Assembly: GCA_051362555.1 (NCBI GenBank)
Contig: CM120641.1
Coordinates: 23,194,401-23,258,400, forward strand
Direction: 5' to 3'
Length of the DNA stretch: 64,000 nucleotides
DNA from: Lingula anatina
Lineage: Eukaryota; Animalia; Brachiopoda
Shown here piece after piece: positions 38,696 to 48,751 of the stretch (position 1 is the stretch's first letter; each line of letters begins with the position of its first letter). The notes under the pieces were generated by a model, which was not told the DNA's origin, did not search any database, and saw nothing but the letters and a program-made list of their open reading frames with translations. The position numbers were made by a program, and so were the translations under genes.

Positions 38696-41600
38696 TTAAT
38701 CGTCATCATCAAACTTCTTTTTGGATCCTTGAAATTCTTGAATAGATCCCTTTTTCTGTGCCATGGCTCCTCTCGGTGGTCCACCTATAAAAACAGTACA
38801 ATAAGTTTAGCATCTTAAACAAATCCAATTCAATCACCCTCTTTCACCAAATGCCTTAATCATTGTAGATGTTATAATCATATTTGCAAGAATCAAATTT
38901 TGGTTTTAGAAAAAAATTCTTCTAAGAATTTATCTTTAAGATTGTCATGTTCATTGAAAAAATGCTAGTGTAACAAAAAAAAAAAACAAAACAAAAAAAA
39001 AAAAAAAACAGGATGTATGCATAGTTCACTAACCTCTTCCCCTTCCACCTCCTCTGCCGCCCCCACGGTCAAACCTGCCTCCCCCACGGCCGCCTCCTCT
39101 TCCCCCAAAACCACCACGACCTGAAATCACAAGTATCACACCTAATCAATTTCAATCTTATTAAATTATTCCCCTAAATATAAACTCAGACACTACCAAA
39201 TTATTTCACAGCAAATGTAGCTTTTTAATATGTGACCAATCAGAAGAAGGTTAGCGTTGGAACAAAAGTTTTCTTCAGCGCTTAAAGCTCAAAGAGAGCT
39301 GGGAGTGTCATCATAAAGATCACAAAAAATTACTTACAAACTCATTCTGAAAGTTCCTAATAAACAGGTATTTGATATATTTAGAAAACTGAACTTTCTG
39401 TATTTTTGTACGTTTGAAACCATTTCAACCTATGGCATACAATGCACAAGTACCTCCGCCTCTTCCTCCACCTCTTCCTCCACGGAAACCTCCTCTTCCA
39501 CCTCCCCCTGATCCTCTATCTTCTGCAAAGTCCAACTTGACTGCTCTCCCATCTATCTCCTGGTTGTTCATGGTTTCATAAGCACTCTTAGCCTCATCAG
39601 GGCTGCTGAACTCCAGAAAGGCAATCCTACAATATAATTGTTACCAAGATTATGAATAAGGTCATTTAAAGGAAATGTTCATGACCAATTTTTGTATAAA
39701 GAACGAAAATAAATCCTCTGTACATGACATCTTAAAAAATCTTCATATATTATATAAAATACAAAATACTATTCATTAAGGAATATTTGTCCACAGCATT
39801 TGTCCAAGGAGAGAAATAACGTTACTATCACACTGATATGAGATCAAAACTGATAATTACCCTCTTGGCTTTCCTGTGTCTCTGTCTGTAAGCACTCTGA
39901 CATCACTAACATTTTCAAAGTGTTCCCTCAGTCCATCTTGAGTTGTGCTGTAGGACAGGTTTTTTATAATCAACACCTTGGTACTTCCTGGTTCTGCAAA
40001 TAAATACAGTTTCTTCTTGTTACAAAAGCCCTTCTCAGTATTATTCCTGTCACCACATGATAATTTACAGCAACTGTATTAAATAGTTGTCATCAGCTGT
40101 ATTACAAAATCTCAATTTACAAAATCTCGCATTTATGAAAAACTCAGTATATTGTATGTGGATCGTATTCCTTGGGAATCTACTAGCTATCATTTTGTGA
40201 AGTATGAAATGAAGTTAAGTCAACCAGAAGTTTGTCCCTCACCTACGGACTGCCTACGGTTTCCTTGTGGGCTATCAAAGCCACCTTTCTTTGGTGTAAA
40301 CTTGCTTTTCTGACCCACATAGTCCATCATGATTGCCCTGCCATCTATCTCTGTGCCCTGCATTTCCTTCAGAACAGACTCTGCCTTGTCTTCACTTTCA
40401 AACTGGACAAATGCAAAACTGTAATACATAAAAATAAACCATTTTCAATGTTTTAAGTACATTTCACACATCACCAATGACTGATAAGGTCGCATAAAAC
40501 AGATCCTAAAACTATTTATTTAAAGTGATATTAACATGCAATATTACTCTATTTCTGAAAACCTGCAACTTCAAGACTATTTCCTACCCTTTTGGCCTTC
40601 CTTCTTCATTCATGGGGATCCTGACATCCACGCAGTCTGGGAAGTATTCCTGGAGACCCTCCGATGTGGTACTCCATGACAAGTTCTTTACAAACAATGT
40701 GCATTTGTCTTCTTCTTCTACAAATTAATAATTTAAAACTGGTAAAGTTTAGAAACAAGTATGAATTGTTATATAAAATTCCCAAATCATGGTCACTCTG
40801 AAATTTACTTTGCTTTATAAAAAAAAATAACATGCATCACTATTAGAAAGTGACTACTACTGAAGATAGTTACATTCAAAATGTTAAAGTCATACCTTTT
40901 CCTTCTCTTCCCTGCTGCTTCTTCTGCATCTTTTCTCTTCCACTTCCAAACTCTTTTTTAGGAGTCTTGGCAGCAGCTTGTTCTACTTTGATGGCATTAC
41001 CATTAAGCTCTGAGCCATTTAATTCCAAAGCTTTCTCTAAATCTTCCACATTTTCTAGATCTACATAACCAAACCTAAAAATATGAAAGAAAAAAAATTA
41101 TGTTTTTAAGTGCGTGACAATCAAGTTGTAGTCTACAGGAACTGTCAAGAGCTGTGCTGACCACTTTACAAAATTTGATGAATGTTAAACATGATTTTTT
41201 CTATTTGAACAGTGATCACTCAGGATTAAATTGCGTTGGAACAAAGTTTCTTCACAGTCATTTGCTCAAAGCGAGCTGGGTGAGTATCATCATTGCAATC
41301 ACATAAACAAAACAAGGTTACATTCAATTGCTCCAATGACATTAACATCAACCTTAATTTTTAGAAGCTCTTGTTTACTTTTTTTTGTCCATCTTTCTGA
41401 CTTCTGAAACCTTAATTCCACTCTTCTTGAAGAACTTCTTCAACTGTTTCTCTTCTGTATCATTTGTCAGGTTTCCACAGAATAAGGTGATTTTCTCTGA
41501 AAACAGTCAATGTTCTGATCTTTTTAATATGCATCTCAATATCAGACACTTCATTAGCTGCTCATCCCTCTACTCCACTGTTGCCAGGGCAATTTGCTTA

Positions 41601-44600
41601 ATCTAATAGTCTGGAATATTCCCAAAGTTATTTCAGGACTATTAAAAATAAACGTATATATTACAAACTTTGTTACTTTACCTAATACAACAAGTCTACT
41701 GGGTAATAATTGTTTACAAAGTCCATCATGTTCACTCTATAGACTGATTTTTTTTTATTCCTGTATCACTTTATCATCTTCTATTACCTTCATCCACTTT
41801 GGCTTTTTTTGTAACTGTTTCTTCCTCTGTATCTGCTTTTCTTTTCTGATTATTTTTGGCAGGCTTTTCTTCTTCTGTAATCAAGCCAAAAATTTTTATA
41901 AGACATATCTTAAATACTTTCATGCAAATTCAGAGACATTCTCTAAGAGTAAATCATTTTGCAATTACTATATTTAAGATATGGATTTCTTTGTAAAATA
42001 TTACATACCTTCATCGTCTTCTTCTTCTTCATCATCATCATCGTCGTCATCATCTTCATCAGAACTTTCTTCTTTTGCAGCTTGTTTGGGAGCTACAGGT
42101 TTTGCTTAAAGGACAAAAGAAAATGCAATGAAAACTAGAGGATCAGAGAGGCGATACCGCCTCCGAATATTGTACCACCAGCTGGAGCAAGCGCATTCGT
42201 ATAGACCCCCACATACACAAAATAAGGGGTGCAGCCACCAGTCTTGTGCTTGACAAGCTGTAAAAATGCAATCAACAAGAATTTTCAAAATATGCAAAAA
42301 ATATATATAACTAAAAATGGTGCAATCAAAGTTAAGTTCATTGTAAGGTAGGTCAAAGGTCAATTTCAAGGTCACAGTAAATTGCCAGTATATGACTTCC
42401 TATCCAACTTCAATAGTAACTATGGACCTATCTCTGCCAGTTTTGGAGATAAAAGGGAAGCAAAATTTGCAAAGTTCAGTTCATGGTGAAAAGTAGGTCA
42501 AAGGTCAATTTCAAGGTCACAGTAAGATTGCCAGTATATGACTTCCTATTCAACTTCAATAGTAACTATGGACCTATCTCTGCCAGTTTTGGAGATAAAA
42601 GGGAAGCAAAATTTGCAAAGTTCAGTTCATGGTGAAAAGTAGGTCAAAGGTCAATTTCAAGGTCACATTTAGATTGCCAGTATATGACTTCCTATTCAAC
42701 TTCAATAGTAACTATGGACCTATCTCTGCCAGTTTTGGAGATAAAAGGGAAGCAAAATTTGCAAAGTTCAGTTCATGGTGAAAAGAAGGTCAAAGGTCAA
42801 TTTCAAGGTCACAGTAAAATTGCCAGTATATGACTTCCTATGCAAGTTCAATAGTAACTATGGACCTATCTCTGCCAGTTTTGGAGATAAAAGGGAAGCA
42901 AATTTTGCAAAGTTCAGTTCAAGGTGAAAAGTAGGTCAAAGGTCAATTTCAAGGTCACAGTAAAATTGCCAGTATATGACTTCCTATTCAAGTTCAATAG
43001 TAACTATGGACCTATCTCTGCCAGTTTTGGAGATAAAAGGGAAGCAAAATTTGCAAAGTTCAGTTCATGGTGATAAGTAGGTCAAAGGTCAATTTCAAGG
43101 TCACAGTAAGATTGCCAGTATATGACTTCCTATTCAACTTCAATAGTAACTATGGACCTATCTCTGCCAGTTTTGGAGATAAAAGGGAAGCAAAATTTGC
43201 AAAGTTCAGTTCATGGTGAAAAGTAGGTCAAAGGTCAATTTCAAGGTCACATTTAGATTGCCAGTATATGACTTCCTATTCAACTTCAATAGTAACTATG
43301 GACCTATCTCTGCCAGTTTTGGAGATAAAAGGGAAGCAAAATTTGCAAAGTTCAGTTCATGGTGAAAAGAAGGTCAAAGGTCAATTTCAAGGTCACAGTA
43401 AAATTGCCAGTATATGACTTCCTATGCAAGTTCAATAGTAACTATGGACCTATCTCTGCCAGTTTTGGAGATAAAAGGGAAGCAAATTTTGCAAAGTTCA
43501 GTTCAAGGTGAAAAGTAGGTCAAAGGTCAATTTCAAGGTCACAGTAAAATTGCCAGTATATGACTTCCTATTCAAGTTCAATAGTAACTATGGACCTATC
43601 TCTGCCAGTTTTGGAGATAAAAGGGAAGCAAAATTTGCAAAGTTCAGTTCATGGTGAAAAGTAGGTCAAAGGTCAATTTCAAGGTCACAGTAAGATTGCC
43701 AGTATATGACTTCCTATTCAACTTCAATAGTAACTATGGACCTATCTCTGCCAGTTTTGGAGATAAAAGGGAAGCAAAATTTGCAAAGTTCAGTTCATGG
43801 TGAAAAGTAGGTCAAAGGTCAATGTCAAGGTCACAGTAAGATTGCCAGTATATGACTTCCTATTCAACTTCAATAGTAACTATGGACCTATCTCTGCCAG
43901 TTTTGGAGATATAAGGGACTAAATGTTATAATTTTGGAGTTACCATAATGTGCCATAAATTTCCTACAGAAAAAATTAATTAAAATAAAGAAAAGGTCAT
44001 TTTGGTCAAAGTTCTTGAAATGGGAGGTTCTCTGAAGTTGCAGAAGTTTAAATTTGATAAAATAATGTCATTTTTGACCACAAGTTGTCTGCTTTGCCAA
44101 GCATTATGTTTTATTTTTCCGGAGTTCAAAATTTATTATCCATTACCGTACTGCACATTTTTACGGAAGCCGACTGGTGCCATATGTTGAAAAAAAAAAT
44201 TATCTCGAAATTTCGAGATAGCATTTTTTTTGTTCAAATTTCAAAATACTATCTCGAAATTTCGAGATAAATTTTTTTGCTCAAATATCAAAATGCTATC
44301 TCGAAATTTCGAGATAATTTTTTTTTTGTTCAAATTTCAAAATGCTATCTCGAAATTTCGAGATAAAAATTTTTTTTGTTCAAATTTCAAAATAGTATCT
44401 CGAAATTTCGAGATAATTTTTTTTTCTACATATGGCACCAGTCGGCTTCCGTACATTTTCCTTTCACCACCAATATGTACTTTCTGATACAGCGTAACTC
44501 GAAAACCGTATGGAATACAAAAAAACCGAGACCACCTCCAGTGTTGGGCTTTACATGCTCTACAAAATGCAAAAAAGAATGGGTCTCTAGCATTAACGGT

Positions 44601-47600
44601 TCCCGAATTAGAGACAGTTTTCAGTTTCGGTATCTTATGGCCGCTACTCCTGTGAAAATGCACCGATTGACCCCAAATTCACGGAGATGAAAGATGACCT
44701 GAAGGGTAACACTTTCCAATAATATTATTGGTTAAGTCTGTGTGGCGTCTGAATAACAGGGCAAAAAAATTTTTTTTCGTAAAAAATTTCATTTTTTTGA
44801 AAATTTTGACCCATTTGACCTTGAAGTAAAGGTCAAAGGTCAAATCCGAGGGTATATTTGAAATCTACACATATGACTTTTGGAAAGCCGTCTATAGAAA
44901 TTTTTCCCGTAACTCCTTCTGTAGGGTAGATAATTAGCATTTAATTTTGCCATTTTTAGACAAGGGTGCATTGCAATGAGTGCCACACCCAGACCCCAAT
45001 ACCGACAAAGCCCAAATTTTACGTGGAACGAGTTGAGATTATAGGTGACCTAAATCCATGAGATGGGTACGGGGGCCCTTACCGTCTAGGAGGAGAAGCG
45101 GTAACGGTAACATGGCGGCGGAGCCGGCGGAACGGACCGGACGGGACCGAAACCATGTGTACCGCCAGCGCTAACGCTGGTGGTAAATTTTTTTGTTCAA
45201 ATTTCAAAATAGTATCTCGAAATTTCGAGATAATTTTTTTTTTCTACATATGGCACCAGTGGGCTTCCGTACATTTTCCTTTCACCACCAATATGTACTT
45301 TTTGATACAGCGTAACTCGAAAACCGTATGGAATACAAAAAAAACGAGACCACCTCCAGTGTTGGGCTTTACATGCTCTACAAAATGCAAAAAAGAATGG
45401 GTCTCTAGCATTAACGGTTCCCGAATTAGAGACAGTTTTCAGTTTCGGTATCTTATGGCCGCTACTCCTGTGAAAATGCACCGATTGACCCCAAATTCAC
45501 GGAGATGAAAGATGACCTGAAGGGTAACACTTTCCAATAATATTATTGGTTAAGTCTGTGTGGTGTCTGAATAACAGGGCAAAAAATTTTTTTTTCGTAA
45601 AAAATTTCATTTTTTTGAAAATTTTGGCCCATTTGACCTTGAAGTAAAGGTCAAAGGTCAAATCCGAGGGTATAATTGAAATCTACACATATGACTTTTG
45701 GAAAGCCGTCTGTAGAAATTTTTCCCGTAACTCCTTCCGTAGGGTAGATAATTAGCATTTAATTTTGCCATTTTTGGACAAGGGTGCATTGCAATGAGTG
45801 CCACACCCAGACCCCAATACCGACAAAGCCCAAATTTTACGTGGAACGAGTTGAGATTATAGGTGACCTAAATCCATGAGATGGGTATGGGGGGCCTTAC
45901 CGTCTAGGAGGAGAAGCGGTAACGGTAGCCGTCCGGCGGAGCCGGCGGAACGATCTGGACGAGACCGAAACCATGTGTACCGCCAGCGCTAACGCTGGTG
46001 GTACAATAAGTTTTTTAATATATTCATGCAAAAGGAGATGCAAAAACTACACCTTGCCTTTAAGAACAAAATTAGGGGAAATCCAAAATAGCTAAATCTG
46101 AACTTACTTTCCTCCTCCTCTTCTTCTTCTGAAGAGTCTTCTTCACTGGAGCTTTCTTTGGCAGCTGGTGTTGCCTTTTTGGCAGGAGCAGCTAATTCAA
46201 AATGGAAAACAATCTGGATGAATAACTAGTAACCTTTTGGTGTAGGCTGTCACATAAACAGCTCCATGAAATGTGATATTATATCTGATAAACAGATTTT
46301 GTAATGTAGCTTCTACTTGTGAACACAAGGCATCACATGTTAAAATAAATGCCATTAGATTGTAATCACCTTTTTCTTCCTCTTCCTCTGATGAAGAGTC
46401 ATCATCATCATCATCTTCCTCCATCTTCTGTTGGGTTGTTTTGCCATTTGCTTTGACAGGAACAGTTTCCTCTTCTGAAATGGATATAAACACATTTTAA
46501 CATCATCATAAAAACTGCCATTTTCCCCAAATCAAAATGAAATGAACATTTAAAGTTGACAAAATGCTTTTTTTGCTTGAATATTTAGTATTTTGATGTA
46601 GGTTTTTATGTTATGCTGTCAAGAATAATTCTACCTTCATCACTACTTTCTTCACTAGATTCTTCTGCTTCATTGCCATTCTTCATAGGTGTAGCTTTCT
46701 TTGTAGGCTAAATAAATACAAATATTTTAAAACAAGTTACAAATTTTAAATTTCTGTACACTTCTGAAAAATAATCTTTTAAGAATTTAAACGTGGACGT
46801 TAAAAAAATGCTTATAATCAATTAAAGCAATTAGAAATGCAGTGTCTTATCCATTTTAATACTTAACTAAGCCCTAAGTAATCTAAGTGCATGTACAGCA
46901 AACAATTTTTCAACCTTTGCCACTTCAACTTCCATTGCCTCCTCTTCACTGCTGTCAGAATCATCTGATGATTCACTTTCTTGAGGTGGTGGTGGTGGTT
47001 TCACCTTTTTAACTTTCTTTGAAAGGACTTTCTGGAAATATTTAAAAACAAGTTGCTTTAGAGGCAATATTAAGATAACGATATATTGAGTATGTCTGTG
47101 TGTTAAAACATCCATGCCCAGGTGTCTCGATACTACACAATACATACTTTCAAACCTATAAAGAATGAATTAATTAATATATGGCATTATGTAATTACAG
47201 ATACGTGTCGGACAGGTCAATAAAAGAGAACATCAAACAGTTTTCAACAAACATTAATCTATATAATAACTTACACTTGTGATGAAATACGTTTCCATGT
47301 ATGGCCAGTCTGTCGTGCATCATGGTATAAATGGCTCCACAACCATTAACCAGTGCAGAGAAAAAAGTCCATTCATTGATTTCATCACACTACAGGTGGC
47401 GCCAGGATCACATGTGAACACCCAATCATGATTCGCATATTGCTCTGGCGCCAGAGCTGACAAACCTTACGATCCCTGCAACCTGCCAGGGAATTACATT
47501 TCACCCTGCAGCCAGCCAGGGTTATTATATACCTTTCAACATAACTACATCATCACCTTGCTACCTGCCAAGGTTACCCTTGCTTGCATACCCTGCATAT

Positions 47601-48324
47601 TGGTCAGGGCTGTATATAACTGAATACCCTGCAACCCGCCAGGGTAAATTGGTATTTTAACCCTGCAACCTGCCAGGATTAAATGGTATTCAAACCCTGC
47701 AACCTGCCAGGATTAAATGGTATTTAAACCCTGCAACCCGCCAGGGTTAAATTATATTTTAACCCTGCAACCTGCCAGGGTTACATACATACATTGCTTT
47801 TCTTTTGAATATGTCAGTCGTACATGAGAGACATATGTTCTGCTCCAACTGAAATCAAAATAAGTCAAAGTGGATTTAAAGCTATGTACTTTTATGGATC
47901 TGTGTTTGAGTTTTTATTACACAATAGCCCCTTTGACATTATAACATCAGATATCATACATAAATATGAATCATATATTAAGACTGTAAATCAAGTAATG
48001 CTAAAGCTATTTAATTTTTTAAATAGCAAAACATCTCTATAACTACACCAAAGTACAGATTAATTTTAAGCCAACTATCTTTTAACTGCCAAGTTACCAA
48101 GAATGAATTCCTTCGACCTTCAATTATTATTTAGTATGTTTTGAAAATCGTAAATGCTATATCTCAGCAATATTTCTATTTCCCTACCACGTGCTACAAC
48201 TGAACCACGTGTTCATTACACCAGTATATAAATTTCGTGTAATGAGGAAAAAACACATGTACACATTAACAATTGTTGATTAATTTCTTACCGCTTCTTT
48301 TGCTGCTGCTTTACTCTTTCCCAT
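38696..48324 (-). CDS. NCL: Nucleolin: acidic/basic N-terminus, bipartite NLS, 3 RRMs, GAR/RGG tail
   Basis: Fifteen phase-consistent exons: 48292-48324, 46915-47031, 46635-46707, 46370-46474, 46108-46191, 42009-42104, 41788-41874, 41379-41496, 40896-41074, 40588-40717, 40243-40418, 39861-39993, 39454-39626, 39034-39120, 38696-38784. Features include ATP(M/A)K-type CDK sites, KRK..KKAK, RNP2/RNP1 motifs, an RGG-rich tail and the C-terminal GSKKKFDDDD. Confidence 0.92.
39231..39324 (-). ncRNA. SNORD29: Box C/D snoRNA, U29/snR71 type, copy 1 (nucleolin intron 13)
   Basis: Box C ATGATGA (39314-39308), guide CCCAGCTC plus D' TTGA, C' CTGAAGA, box D CTGA (39243-39240), terminal stem TGTGA/TCACA. 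The guide is antisense to 28S GUGAGCUGGG, with the fifth position falling on the A. Confidence 0.8.
41212..41302 (-). ncRNA. SNORD29: Box C/D snoRNA, U29/snR71 type, copy 2 (nucleolin intron 8)
   Basis: ATGATGA-TACTC-ACCCAGCTCGCT-TTGA...GTGAAGA...TCCAACGC...CTGA with a GTGAT/ATCAC terminal stem. Clearly paralogous to copy 1. Confidence 0.85.
42340..43918. repeat. 146-bp satellite array, about 11 units, inside HINE family B
   Basis: GGTCAAAGGTCAAT recurs at 42351, 42496, 42642, 42788, 42934, 43080, 43226, 43372, 43518, 43664 and 43810. Confidence 0.97.
44162..44453. mobile_element. IS3EU-like MITE nested in HINE family B
   Basis: TIR TACGGAAGCCGACTGGTGCCATATGT at both ends, 6-bp TSD CATTTT (44156-44161 and 44454-44459), internal palindromes TATCTCGAAATTTCGAGATA. 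TAY termini with a 6-bp TSD fit IS3EU. Confidence 0.75.
44369..46003. repeat. Direct tandem duplication of ~820 bp (44369-45184 and 45188-46003)
   Basis: Two near-identical copies, each running from the MITE right arm to the HINE 5' palindrome. This explains the duplicated spurious ORFs in the track. Confidence 0.95.
47470..47785. repeat. Degenerate ~34-bp tandem repeat of mini-hairpins in nucleolin intron 1
   Basis: AACCCTGCAACCTGCCAGGGTT-like units at ~47473, 47503, 47626, 47659, 47694, 47728 and 47761. Confidence 0.85.
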
Positions 48325-48751
48325 GGTTTCTTTGAACTGGTTTACAAATCAACTTTTAACCAAGTATTTCGCCTTACTTATCACCTCCTGCCTGGCCTCG
48401 TGTCTTATCTTTGAGATGTGGTACAATGTCGCGTACTGAATAGTTTCGAAGTAAAAAGAAATATGTTTTCTTTAAATCAGAAATAATAATGAAATAATAC
48501 TGCATGTAAATTAAATTGATAATTAAAATAAAGTGTTTTTGGTTAAATTCAAGTTACCTTTATGAATAAAGTACATGCACTTATTTGTAAAACTATACAT
48601 CATCTTACTAATAGCTTTTAAAATCCATTCGGACCTCTCCGGTCTTTTTCGTGTCCAGCATAACACGAGGAACTGGAACACACGTGCGACCAAATCGTAC
48701 GCATTGTATTTAATGCCGTGGCGCTTCTTTTCATCGCAGTAAAATCTAAAT
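48188..48751. promoter_or_regulatory. Bidirectional promoter region with E-boxes
   Basis: Divergent ATGs at 48324 (-) and 48752 (+) are separated by 427 nt. CACGTG at 48188 and 48206 (nucleolin intron 1) and 48681. ACACGAGG is mirrored in both 5' regions. A pyrimidine tract CTTCTTTTC lies at ~48724. Confidence 0.7.

Larger units (their letters stand above)
42131..46008 (-). mobile_element. Non-autonomous Helentron (HINE), family B, filling nucleolin intron 5
   Basis: 5' palindrome TGTACCACCAGCGTTAGCGCTGGCGGTACA, CCG-rich microsatellite-like block, central tandem array, 3' subterminal repeat GCTGGTGGTACA, hairpin GAGGCGGTATCGCCTC, CTAG-TTTT end. Confidence 0.85.

Noticed and set aside
42340-43918. 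Regular repeat array resembling CRISPR
   Set aside because: The units are contiguous and near-identical with no unique spacers, there are no cas genes, and the context is a eukaryotic intron.
44337-45508. Duplicated ~100-aa ORFs on both strands
   Set aside because: They lie within the duplicated non-coding HINE/MITE segment and have no recognisable homology.
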